From Octopus sinensis (lineage: Eukaryota): DNA of 64,000 nt. A model generated the notes under the pieces. That model was given only the letters and a program-made list of their open reading frames with translations. It had not been told where the DNA came from and ran no database searches. Shown here in pieces: positions 12,464-24,018 of the stretch. Numbering within the stretch: position 1 is the stretch's first letter; the number at the start of each line of letters is the position of its first letter. A program made the position numbers and the translations under genes. Where the stretch lies: positions 73,780,001-73,844,000 of the forward strand of contig NC_043004.1 of the NCBI RefSeq assembly GCF_006345805.1, given 5' to 3'.

Positions 12464-12467
<4 letters not shown>
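12240..12467 (+). mobile_element. tRNA-derived SINE (family B), complete
   Basis: GGCGAGCTGGCAGAAACGTTAG head, B box GAGTTCAAATT, and central GTCGACTTTGCCTTTCATCCTT..GGGTCGATAAAT..AGTACCAG (recalled as Meta-domain-like). Confidence 0.9.
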
Positions 12468-12514
<47 letters not shown>

Positions 12515-13139
12515 CGTACATACACACATATATTTATATAGGTACACACACGTACACACACACTCATACAGCTACACATATAGATTTACATTCACATGTA
12601 CTAGGTGTTTACCATGCATATTCATACGCACAGATATTCTGGTTTCAGCCCCAAACGGTTAAAGCTGTCTATTATTACCATCATAATTTTGATATATATA
12701 AAATTGGTCCGTTTACATGTGATGTGATGTGATGTGTGTGTGTGTGTGTGTGTAAAAAGATTGGAATATATATTGTATAGAGGATTTTATGTGGCATGAG
12801 AAATTACAAACGGAATCAAACAGGCGAGATATTGAGGGTTCGTATTTTCTTTTCAGTTGCACATTCGGTCGTTGACCAAGAGCAGTTCACTTGAAACGTG
12901 CAGAGAAAGAATGGACGCCAGGAGAGAGAAAGAGAATGTGTATGAATATGTCTACATATGTTTCTTTTATCTCTTACTTCAGTCATTTGACTGCGGCCAT
13001 GATTGAGCAACTTGTTCTATCGGTTTTTTTTTTCTGTTACGGGATGTCACCATACCAACACTGGTCGTCAAGCGGTGTATGGATTTGGTAGACGGAAACT
13101 GAAAAGAAGCCCATATATATATATATATATATAGTCATC

Positions 13140-13668
13140 TCACACCTAGGTTGTCCCGTAGGACGCCCCTCTAAAGGTTTCGGTTACGCGTACTATAGGA
13201 GTCACAGGATGTTGCTCCATGTGGTCCCGCAGTTTCCACCTAACTAGGAATATTAGGGTCTCATCCATTGCCTTGTATTCAAGATCCTCTGGATGACATC
13301 CTGCTAGTTCAAAGCCAGGAATCTGATCTGTTAGGTCCTACCGATAACTAAATCCACGCCCTACTGCCGACGCTTCGATTTATTGTCGTTAACGTTTTCT
13401 CTGTCTCCTACCCTTCGACCCGTCTGGCCTGGTAAGACCTGCCTGAAGATTTCTCTCCCTCCAGCATAGCTCTCCGGGTCAATGGAGCACACAAGCACTT
13501 CACCGCGACACGGCACTTGTTGAATTGGCCGTTGACTACACAGTAGTTCTTCCGCCCTTTGACGGAAGAACTACTGTGTCCAACAATCACCCTCCTCACT
13601 AAGCAAGTTTGATAGGGTTGCCAGTTTAGTCGCCGACGACCCGACCAGGTGACAGGCTGTATTGGGTT
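13140..13668 (-). mobile_element. RTE-type LINE 5' UTR remnant with structured RNA
   Basis: Minus strand carries TGCTTGTGTGCTCCATTGACCCGGAGAGCTATGCTGG...CAGGTC, which I recall from RTE/Expander 5' UTRs; upstream lie a perfect 17-bp hairpin and an HDV-like arrangement. Confidence 0.5.
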
Positions 13669-13932
13669 ACATAGAAGCGCTCAAGAGCGACCTGATAAAT
13701 ATAGTCAATACAAATAAATGAGGAAGAATTAATAGACAACAAGAGGGCGTGGACGAAAAATGTATTAGCTTGACCCTCGATGAAAAGAGAGAGATTGACG
13801 TTTCGAGCAAAGTCCAAAGAAGACAAAGTCCAAAGAAGGAAAAGAAATAGTCGGAAAGGGAAAAATCCAGAGAAGGAACAGAAATCGTCGGAAAGGGAAA
13901 AGTCGAAAGAAGGAAAAGAAATCGCCACCAGC

Positions 13933-14080
13933 ACGGGCTTCTTTTCCGCTTCCGTCTACCAGGCCCAGTCACAAGCTTTTGGTCAGACCGAGCTATAATA
14001 GAAGACACGTGCCCAAGGTGCCACACAGTGGGGCTCAACCCGGAGCCGTGTGGTTGGGAAGCAAGCTACTTACCACACAT
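13933..14080 (-). mobile_element. SINE family A, 5' half
   Basis: Homology to the 1502 copy. Confidence 0.85.
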
Positions 14081-14304
14081 TCAAACCTACTTGTTTCCGT
14101 CATTGGGCAACGGCCATACTGGGACACCACTTTAAAGAATTTCATTTTCAGCCTGCTACTTATTTAATTGCTCTATTTTGCTAAAATCGCTCGGTTACGG
14201 GCACGTAACCATAACAACACCGGTTATCAAGCGGTTTTATGGAACAAACACACACACGTACACGCTCACACACACATATACAAGTATATGTATATGTGTG
14301 CGCA

Positions 14305-14344
<40 letters not shown>

Positions 14345-14394
14345 TACATACATACACACATGTATATATGTATATATACACATATGTATATATA

Positions 14395-14451
<57 letters not shown>

Positions 14452-14467
14452 GCAATTTATAACAAAA

Positions 14468-14610
14468 CGAAAGGCGAAGACAGGTGTGTGAACAACATGC
14501 GAGTGTGTTAGTTTGACGCTCGGGAAAATGAAAAAAGTCTTTTACGTTTCGAGCCTACGCTTTTTAACAGAAAAGAATACGAGAAAATAAACAGAGAGAA
14601 AGAAAAAAGC
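14468..14610 (-). mobile_element. Penelope-like terminal-repeat fragment (tentative)
   Basis: Minus strand ...AAGCGTAGGCTCGAAACGTAAAAGAC resembles the GAAACGT hammerhead-like ends of PLEs. Confidence 0.3.
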
Positions 14611-14655
14611 TTGTAAATTTCAGCGCTCCATATACACACACACACAAACACCCAT

Positions 14656-14687
<32 letters not shown>

Positions 14688-14715
14688 ACACACACACACA
14701 TATATATTTATATAT

Positions 14716-14882
14716 ATATATGTATATAAGTGACGGGGTTCTTTCAGTTTCCATCTACCAAATCTACTGAAAAGACTTTGGTCGGCTCGAGACTATAGTA
14801 AAGGACGCAACCGTGCCACGCATTGAGACTGAACTCGGAACCATGTGGCTGGAAAGCAAAGTTCTTATCACACAACCACGTG
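14716..14882 (-). mobile_element. SINE family A, 5' half
   Basis: Homology to the 1502 copy. Confidence 0.8.
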
Positions 14883-14976
14883 TATTTGTTTGTGTGTGTG
14901 TGTGTGTGTGTTTGCTTCTTCTCCCTCATTAAGCTCTAAAATATATGTCGCAGTGTGAAATGTATGCGCGTACATA

Positions 14977-15488
14977 CGAGATCTGATCAATAAGTACCCG
15001 TACTGTTGCCATAGTAACGAAGCTAAAGCATGCAGAGTAAAGCCGGTTGGTACAGACTCTGCTGTGCATGCGCAGAAAGTTTTAACGTTCTAGCTCACTT
15101 CCGCTCTTTACAGCAGTGCTTGGAGGAAGGTGTGTAGTGTATGATCGTCACATTGACCATGACAGAGAAAGTTGTTATGGTGATACCTGCTCAGAGGCCA
15201 CCGCAAAGTTGCAGAAAGTGTATGGAGAGGAGTGCATGAGCCGCAGTGGTTCAGAAAAATGTCGATTTTGATAAACGTTCCGAGTGACCTACAACCAAGA
15301 GAACTGAGAAAAACATCGCAGAAGCGCGTGCTACTGTGAAGGGAAATCGTTGAATTACCATCCGTGAGTTATCAGAGGATGTGCAAATTCATTATGGTTC
15401 AGTTTAGTCCATTTTCACTGAAGGTTTGGGAATGAGACGTGTGTTTGCCAAATTTGTGCAAAAACGGCTTTCAGCTGATCAAGAAGAC
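14977..15488 (+). mobile_element. Mariner 5' fragment (irritans/Hsmar2-like)
   Basis: TA then CGAGATCTGATCAATAAGTA (TIR-like); frameshifted KLQKVYGEECMSR, TEKNIAEAR...NR.ITIRELSEDV and LGMRRVFAKFVQKRL (WVPR-equivalent linker). Confidence 0.8.
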
Positions 15489-15590
15489 TAAATCGATTTC
15501 GGTGGAATTTGAACTCAGAACGTAAAGACGGACGAAATACCGCTACGCATTTTGCCCTGTGAACTAATGATTCTGCCAGCTCACCGCCTT
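15489..15590 (-). mobile_element. SINE family B, truncated
   Basis: Reverse-complement head of family B abutting the mariner break. Confidence 0.8.
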
Positions 15591-15802
15591 AACACGAGAA
15601 TAAATATTGATTTAGCCAAACGTTATAATAATTCCCCCAATTCACCACCCGTTTCGGTACTTTATTTTATCGATTTTGGTCAAATCTAACCTCGATGGGA
15701 TTCGAATTTACATAATCAAGAACCGGAACAAATACCGCAAAACATTTTGTCCGATGCTTTAATGATTATGCAAATTTTCTGCCTTTATGCATATCTTAGC
15801 GA

Positions 15803-15975
15803 AGGCGAGTGGCCTAATGGTTAGGATGTTGTACTCACGATCTCAAGGTCATGATTTCGATTCCCGGGCCAGGTGATGCGTTTTACTCTTGAGCAAATTG
15901 CTTTATTTAACGTTGTTCCAGTTCACTCAACCGTAAATGATTAATCCTGCGTGGGACTGGTCCACCGTTCAGATG
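15803..15975 (+). mobile_element. SINE family C (tRNA-Arg-like head)
   Basis: GGCGAGTGGCCTAATGGTTAGG...ACTCACGATC...TTTCGATTCCC. Confidence 0.75.
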
Positions 15976-16279
15976 GAGTATTGTGATCTGGACGCGATAC
16001 AGTAATGTCCAGTGCATACCTGCAGCGAAGAGGAGTGGGTGATTCGAGGGCAAAGCATCTTAGTCACAACCATCCTGAGCTCTGTACGTTTATATGGAAT
16101 GAATCGTTGATGGTGGTGCTGATTTTGCAGCCCTAAATTAGCTCCGATCGAAAAGTCATTTGACATGTATGTAGGCAGCCTAACAAATGGTTTCAATCCC
16201 TAAATCCATATCTCCAGTTTTATACACCACACCCCTAAACTGGAACTAGAACCTCCCCCCCCCCAAAAAAAGCCACTAC

Positions 16280-16740
16280 AGATGCTAGATCTCATTAATA
16301 CTGTTGATTTCTTGGTGTCCTGAACACACGCTCTCCTCTTTAGGGTTCAAGAAATATTTCAATAACGAATTCCACACTGGTGCTGCAGCTACATAAAAAG
16401 GCATATTAAACTGAATAAAAGAAGCCATTCGTCTTATTGGTATTAAGTTGTCTTGTAGAATACTTCAACTCCTGGTCCACAGAAGTAGTCTTTTGATTCT
16501 GGTGCCTTTATATCGACCTCTGATCGTTGGATCTGATCGATCTCGTACCACATGTAACTGGGTTCAAACAAATCCCTCATATCTTCTGTTTTTCTCCGAC
16601 TTATGACCAGCTGACAAGCAGTGTACTCCTCACAACATCCAGTCCTTTATGCCAAGTACATCATGTCTCTGGCATAATCTTCCAGTTCATGTTTTTTTTT
16701 TACCCGACAGCAAACAAGTTACAACTGTTTTAGGATCACA
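16280..16740 (+). mobile_element. CR1/Jockey-group LINE 3' remnant
   Basis: Decayed HTGAAAT*KGILN*IKEAIRLIG, resembling the post-RT 'HIWGGA...LDRIQKKAIRLI' region. Confidence 0.5.
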
Positions 16741-17308
16741 CCAATCGCTTCGATCTTACTGGTCTCGGAGCAGTCGAAAAGGCTAGGAAGACATCCTCTT
16801 CTTCTACATCTCATTATTACCAAAATAATGTAATCGGTCGGTTCTAACGCGACCGATATTGCTTTCAGCTTTAATTATAACTATTGGTAATGTGCATACC
16901 AATTCATTGCATTTATCTTACTGTCATGTGTGCCTGTCATTTATGAACGAGTGAAATAGTCTTTGAACGCTGTTGCGGTAGTGTTCAAGAGTATTTTTGA
17001 TACGTCTGCTTGATGGATAGGAGATTATAAATGTAGCAGCTTCGTTTGTGGGATTTGGAGCTTGCAATTACAAACTTGTTTCTTTCATAAATCCAGATGG
17101 TCTTTCATTTTTAATATTTTCCTTTCGTTGTATATTTTTAAAAGAGACGGGTGAGAGAACGAGTGCTTGTTGTATCACGTTCGTAAACTGTATAATCTAG
17201 AATATTTAATTTCATGAATAGGAGACCAGAGAAACTCTCACCCACATATAGGATCACATTAAACTATTAGATATTAAAGATGTATTATTGATTATTGTAT
17301 AATCTCAT

Positions 17309-17355
17309 GTTGTTGTTGTTGTTGCTCTTCTTCTTCTTCTTCCACTTCTTCCATT

Positions 17356-17388
<33 letters not shown>

Positions 17389-17423
17389 ACTTCTTTTTCT
17401 TCTTCCACTTCTACTTCTTTTCC

Positions 17424-17454
<31 letters not shown>

Positions 17455-17516
17455 CTTCTTCTTCTTCTTCTTCTTCTTCTTCTCCTCCTCCTCTTCCTCC
17501 TTCTTCTTCTTCTTGT
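17309..17516. repeat. (TTG)n/(TTC)n microsatellite
   Basis: Directly visible. Confidence 0.95.
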
Positions 17517-18557
17517 CCCGATCGAAAAGACCTATGATGAAAGGCATCCCAGTTGCAGTTATCCGGTCTTTTTCATGTGTGCAAGAACCACAGGGCTACG
17601 TTACCCAAGGTGTTACTTTTGAAGTCTGATGGATGTAATCTGATAGATATTCGATTGCTGTTTCTGCAATACAGAACTTCTACGTACAATCTCACTCGAC
17701 TACTGCATGGGCTTAATGATATGAAATTTAAATATGAAATGATATGAAATGCAATTTAACCAGTGTTGGAGTTGAAATCTTTCTTTATGTCGATGGTAGT
17801 CTCATAATGCTTAATGAAATAACTTTTTAAATTTGATGAAGAGCCCTGCCTGAATCATCCTATCTTTCCTCTTCCTCATAGCAAAGAAATATCTAAAATC
17901 CCAGCAGACAAAATGGAAAAGGCGTTGCCCCGGAGAATGGCGAAGGAGACGCGCTGGAACTGCCACTCTGACTCACGGAACACGCATTTGCGCATTGTAG
18001 TTAGTAAAGTACATGTGATTTCTTCAGAACTTTGATATTTCTGATGCATGTTTGTGATTTGGAGAGTTTGGGTTTTAGATTTCTCTCTTAATTTTAGCGG
18101 AACGAATCGATATAAAAGATATTTTTCGTTTTTTATTACTTTAGTTTTGTATGTTTTTCACTGAAGGATTTCCACTTTACAAGGCTGCTATGGATTCGTG
18201 CTATGTCTCATTGAGTTGTTACACCCTATCAGGGCCCTAGACATGTGCGTTATGTCTGACGGAACCTGATTTACTTTACATAGACATTACAACTCGTTTC
18301 ACTGTACGGATCTGTCCCAGGGAACATGCTCCGCTTTTACTCAGACTTGAAAATCTTAATCGGCCCCAACAAATATAAACAATGCGTGTAAAGGGCTTGT
18401 CCCACTCTACCAGGCAAACACTGAAAGAGTTTGTATCTGTAGGGGCATGTCCCAACTTAGCATCCCCACCCTTCAGCTCTCATGGCTGAGACAGTGTCAG
18501 GAGCAGACAGAAAGGTTCCAGAAAAAGTACGAAGCCATTTCTAGACGTCGAGAGAGT

Positions 18558-18626
<69 letters not shown>

Positions 18627-19032
18627 GGGGAGAGAAAGAGGGAGAGAGAAAGAGAAGAAAAAGAAAGAAAGAGGAAGAGTGACAGATATGCAGACAGACA
18701 GACATGTTGCTCATAAATGCCAAAATGAGGAATTTTATGGCTGAAAAGATTATAAAAGGTAAGAAACAAACATAGCATCAGAGGAAAGGGATAGGGGAGT
18801 TGGTTATTATAACTTACCACCATCAGCAATGCCACCAGCTCCTCAACCTCCTTATCATCACCTCCTCCTCCTCCACCACCTACTACTACTACTAGTAGTA
18901 GTAGTAGTAGATCATATGAAATTATGGTGTCGCTTTCTATTTCTCTTTCTTTATCTCTCTCTTCCCATTCCTCACATGCTCTGTATCTTTCCCGCTTTCT
19001 CCCTCTCTGTTTTTTTCTTTCTCTCTCTCTCT

Positions 19033-19081
<49 letters not shown>

Positions 19082-19117
19082 TCCTGCTATTTTGTTGTTA
19101 TTATTACTATTGCTGAA

Positions 19118-19517
19118 GGCGGCGAGCTGGCAGAATGGTTAGCGCGCCGGGCGAGATGCTTAGCGGTATTTCGTCTGCCGTTTCGTTCTGAGTCCAAATT
19201 CCGCCGAGGTCGACTTTGCCTTTCATCCTTTCGGGATCGATTAAATAAGTACCAGTTACGCACTGGGATCGATATAATCGACTTAGTCCGTTTGTCTGTT
19301 CTTGTTTGTCCCCTTTGTGTGTAGCCCCTTGTGGGCAGTAAAGAAATAGGTATTTTGTCTGCCGCTACGTTTTGAGTTCAAACTCCGCCGAGGTCGACTT
19401 TGCCTTTCATCCTTTCGGGATCGATTAAATAAGTACCAGTTACGCACTGGGGCCGATGTAATCGACTATCCTCCTCCCCAAAACTTCAGGCCTTGTTCCT
19501 ATAGTAGAAAGGATTAT
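19118..19517 (+). mobile_element. SINE family B dimer (head + body, then a headless body)
   Basis: Junction AAAGAAATA|GGTATTTTGTCTG at about 19349. Confidence 0.85.
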
Positions 19518-19689
19518 TGCTATTGTTGTTGTCATTACTATTTTTGTTGTTTAAACAGTTTAAAATGTAACAAAATGCAATATTCAAAACATGGCAGTTT
19601 TCAAATATCGTTTTCTTTTTACATTCTGTTCGAGTAGTGCAGGGTAGAGTAAGGAATGTTAATAGGGTATTTAATGTTTGGAGAAGAAG

Positions 19690-20830
19690 AAACCGCTGAA
19701 TATTCAGTAAGATATTGTTGCGTTATATTTTACTGAGTCTGGAAGGAGTGCTGCTTGTGAAGTTTGCAGGTCGACCTGCCTGACGTTATTAATTTTCGGT
19801 TTAAATTGTTGCAGGTCGATACCTGCAGGAGAAATACAAGCTGGGATGTCCAAGAGAGAAAAAAAAGTGGTTAACGTGGGATGAACAGTGGACATATGAA
19901 GAATGATCTAGTGGGTTGGCAGTGTGTAAGCTGTGGCGATATCGGACGAATCGGTTCCGAAGAACACAAACCGTTATAGTAACGATAGAATAGGCAAAGA
20001 GTGAGAGAGAAACAACACACCTGTGGGACAGGTGCAGGAGCGTGTCCGTTAGTGATTGAAAAGCAGTTAGTCGAGCGGTCCAGGATGGCTGTATGCTTAG
20101 CAGTAGTACCATCCACTTTACTCCATTACTGACCTCTCTTCAACATTGTAGAGTGTCAGCAGGTATTCGGGCTGAAATATTTTCGAACCCTGAAGAGAAA
20201 GGCTTGACTTAGGGTTATGGTTTTAGCTTTGCTAAGAATGTGTTTCCATCAGAAGGGATCCTCGGTGATAGTGAGGCCTAGCATTTAGGGCAACTGCGAG
20301 GGCCCTAGTTGAGTGCCACTTATATTTAGTGAGATATGGTGTGCTTGCATCTTCTTGATATAAGTAGTGCTTGAGTTTTTTCGCTGTTAAAATAAACAAG
20401 GTTAGTATGATCCCACTTGAAGGAGGCGCTCAAAGTCTACGTTTCTAAAATTAATGTTGATGTAACATGCAGTGTGTAATCGTAAGTGGGGAAACCCGAA
20501 CCCTGACGAACACTAGAACTGATTGAAGGTGGGGTAGAAAGAGTTCCGTCAACATTTACCACAACAGAGCAATTAAATGGGCAGCTACTGGTCCAAGAAA
20601 TAAGAGATGGATTGAACCATACGGTGAGAAGATTTGACAGGAAAAGTTATATCTTAGACACTGCCGAAAGTCTTTTTTTGATGTCTGGGGTGATAACATT
20701 GTTTTCATTGAACATCTCTAAAGCGAGATCCTTTTAGTGAATGACATAAACTATTAGTACTTGATGTTTCCGGATACGTTCATATCACTACAAGATGAAC
20801 AACGTCAATGGCAGAATGCTCCCTCTTACA
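19690..20830 (-). mobile_element. CR1/Jockey-group LINE, RT to 3' end, decayed
   Basis: FNPSLISWTSS...NVDGTLSTP.SISSSVRQGS, NLVYFNSEKTQALLIS, FLFRVRKYFSP, LCLFYRYYNGLCSSE and DLQQFKPKINN. Confidence 0.85.
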
Positions 20831-20870
20831 TTCTACAATGATTAACTGTATTGGTAGGATTATCAGGCAG

Positions 20871-21103
20871 AGGAATTGTTCATAATTTTCAAACGTCTTT
20901 GACAAGGAGGTGTTAACTTGCTTGCATGACCGTTTCAGGAATTCTACGAGGATGATAATTCCGTTTGATAGACTTGTCTAGAATTCAGGAATTGTTTATA
21001 ATTTTCAAACGTCTTTGAGAAGGAAGCGCTAATTCCCTCGCATGACCGTTTCAGGAACTCTACGGATATATATGGTTATTCTGTCCTATAGACTTGTCTA
21101 GAA
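20871..21103 (+). repeat. Diverged tandem duplication, 2 x ~116 bp
   Basis: Units start AGGAATTGTT(C/T)ATAATTTTCAAACGTCTTTGA at 20871 and 20987; both end GACTTGTCTAGAA. Confidence 0.85.
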
Positions 21104-21853
21104 CATAAGGAAAACAAACAAAAAGTGCTCTGTATTCAAGTTTTGGGTCACGAGAACGTTGATCTACGCAATTATATCAAACGGCGGTTATCGCATGTAG
21201 GATGCTTTTAGTTATTATCAAGTGACTTTTGCCATGAGCGACCAACTGATTTTCTTTGGTAAAACGTGTTTATCTGTAAAGTGAAAAGACGTAATATGAT
21301 GGGAGAAACAGATATTCAGATATTCAACAAAGTACGCATGAACTTCTAACTATTGAGAAAAACTCTCAATGGCTTAAAAGATCATTCGACTTTTTAGAAA
21401 TAGCAGTCAAATCAACTTCAGTTATACCCATTATATCGTCTTATTAATGACCTATAAGGACACCGTATTTCGTTATGCAACCATAGTATACTTTGAAGTA
21501 TAATAAATGTTCTTTATTAGTCAATACTGTCTTCTACTGTGTTAGCAGAGCTATTGTATGATTTCTATAGAAAATCTGCCGAGATAATCTTAACAACTCT
21601 GTCGTCTTAATAGAATGGAAAAGAACAGTTGGAAAATGTAATCTATTTATGCTATTCCTGAAACTAATGTAGGATGGCCACAGATGAAAATTCTCTCGAC
21701 AGAGGTCTGCACAATCAGGGCTGGCTTGTGACTAAACAATAAACTCAACATACAAGTGGGAGTGAACCCGGAGCCATGTGGTTGGGAAGCAAGCTTCTTA
21801 CCACACATCCACTCCTGCGACTATATATATTATATATATATATGTATATGTAT

Positions 21854-22293
21854 ACTAGCTGGTGTACCCGGTAATTCCTGAATTCCCGGGGGTAAAGATG
21901 TTCTACTAAACACCTTATTACTTTGATATAAGAAAGCAATTTCGTTATAACTAATAAAGTATAAAAGTGATATTGTCTTTCAAAAATTAGAAATAGGACA
22001 CGCAAAAAATGAAATGGGTTATTTCCCTTGAGTGTTTAAAACATATTCTACAGGTGCTATGGGTTATTTCCTTTGGCTGTATAAAAAACAAAATAGCTAT
22101 ATGAGGTAGATATAAAGGTCCCTTCCAGGGGCCGTATTATCGGTTTTTTCAACAATCTAAGTATGTCACGAGCTTTCTAGACAAGAGTTCTACTCACAGG
22201 TCAAGTTTCATCAAAATCAATAAAACGACGTAGGAGGAGTTAGCTAACAACTCCACAAACAAACACAGAGACATAATTTCCCACATATGTAGT
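21854..22293 (+). mobile_element. Non-autonomous Helitron-like element
   Basis: Starts ACTAGCTGGTGTACCCGG; carries AAGTTTCATCAAAATC...GGAGGAGTTAGC and an (ACAA)n-like 3' part typical of animal Helitron-N elements. Confidence 0.55.
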
Positions 22294-22734
22294 GTATATA
22301 TATATATACATGTGTGTGTGTGTTTGTGTGTGTTTGTCCTCTCCACTACTTGACAACCGGTGCTAGTTTTTTTACGTTCCCTTAATTAAGCAGTTCGGCA
22401 AAAGACCCGATTGAATAAGTACCATACCTAAAATAAATAAATAAATATTTGGGTCGATTCGAGTGACTACTACCACCTCCACGACCACCACCACTCTCTT
22501 CCCTTCTAGGCGGTGCCCCATCCTGACCACAATACAATAACTGAATCAAGTAAAATATAAAAAAAAGGAGCAAATCAAATGTTTGTTGGACATTTACTTT
22601 CTGTCGTTGATCACATTTATGATGACGTAATTATATTATTAGATGATTATTCATAGAGAGTGAGTTGGTTCTATTTCCCGATATAATTATTTTGTAAAAT
22701 TTGCAATCAATATTCTAGTAATTGTTTTATGGCG

Positions 22735-22945
22735 GCGACGACGGCGGCTGCCAGAAGCGATCGCACACCAGGCAAAATGTTTAGCGACATTTCATACGTC
22801 TTTATGTTCTGAGTTCAAATTCTGCCGAGGTCGACTTTGCCTTTCATCCTTTCGGGGTCGATAAATTAAGTACCAGTTGCGTACTGGAGTCGATCTAATC
22901 GACTGGCCCGCTTCCAACAAAATTTCGGGCATTATGCCTAGAGTA
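22735..22945 (+). mobile_element. SINE family B, older copy
   Basis: Family B head and central domain. Confidence 0.8.
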
Positions 22946-22999
22946 GAAAAGAATATTGTTCATGTACATGTACGTGTGTATCCATCATTATTTAAAAAA

Positions 23000-23777
23000 G
23001 GCGGTGAACTGGCAGAAACGTTAGCACGCCGGCCGGAATGCTTAGCAGTATTTCGTCTGCCGTTACATTCTGAGTTCAAATTCCGCCGAGGTCGACTTTG
23101 CCTTTCATCCTTTCGGGGTCGATTAAAGAAGTACCAGTTACGCACTGGGGTTGATATAATCGACTTAATCCGTTTGTCTTTCCTTGTTTGTCCCTTCTGT
23201 GTTTAGCCCTTTGTGGGTAGTAAAGAAATAGGTATTTCGTCTGCCGTTACATTCTGAATTCAAATTCCGCCGAGGTCGACATTGCCTTTCAATTCTTTCA
23301 GAGTCGATAAATTAAGTACCAGTTACGCACTGGGGTCGATATAATCGACTTAATCCATTTGTCTGTCCTTGCTTGTTCCCTCTGTGTGTAGCCCCTTGTG
23401 GGCAGTAAAGAAATAGGTATTTCGTCTGTCTTTACGTTCTGAGTTCAAATTCCGCTGAGGTCGACTTTGCCTTTCATCCTTTCGAGGTCAATTAAATAAG
23501 TATCAGTTACGCACTGGGGTCGATATAATCGCCTTAATCCGTTTGTCTGTCCTTGTTTGTCCTCTCTGTGTTTAGTCCGTTGTGGGTCGTAAAGAAATAG
23601 AAATAGGTATTTCATCTGTCTTTACGTTCTGAGTTCAAATTCCGTGGAAGTCGACTTTGCGTTTCAATCCTTCCAGGGTTGTTAAATTAAGTGCCACTTG
23701 CGTACTGGGGTCGATCTAATTGACGGGCCACCTTCCCAAAAATGTCGGGCCTTGTGCCTACAGTAGAAAAGAATATT
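23000..23777 (+). mobile_element. SINE family B tandem array: one head and four ~185-bp bodies
   Basis: Body starts at 23047, 23231, 23416 and 23606, joined by AAAGAAATA|GGTATTTC. Confidence 0.9.
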
Positions 23778-23804
23778 CTAGTAATTGTTTTATGGTGGTA
23801 ACAG

Positions 23805-24018
23805 CGGCGACGGCGGCGGCTGGCAGAAGCGATAGGGCACCAGGCAAAATGCTTAGCGGCACTTCGTCTGCCGCTACGTTCTAAGTTCAAATTCCGGCGG
23901 GGTCGACTTTGCCTTTCATCCTTTCGGGGCCGATAAATTAAGAACCAGTCAAGCACTGGAGTCCATGTAACCGACTTTTCCCCTCCCTTGAAATTGCTAT
24001 CCTTGTGCTAAAATTTGG
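23805..24018 (+). mobile_element. SINE family B, older copy
   Basis: Shares the unusual head GGCGGCGGCTG(G/C)CAGAAGCGAT with the 22735 copy. Confidence 0.8.

Noticed and set aside
13612-13625. hAT TIR TAGGGTTGCCAG
   Set aside because: No partner TIR found; the sequence is better explained as part of the RTE-type UTR.
13780-13998. Charged K/E/R-rich ORF as a real protein
   Set aside because: It is built from short internal duplications (GTCGGAAAGGGAAAA, AAAGTCCAAAGAAG) in purine-rich sequence and runs into a SINE.
18810-18900. Minus-strand exon ending in a GTG|GTAAGT donor
   Set aside because: The upstream sequence is a degenerate trinucleotide repeat with no credible acceptor.
23047-23777. 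CRISPR-like or satellite array
   Set aside because: The units are full SINE bodies with no unique spacers, and the context is eukaryotic.
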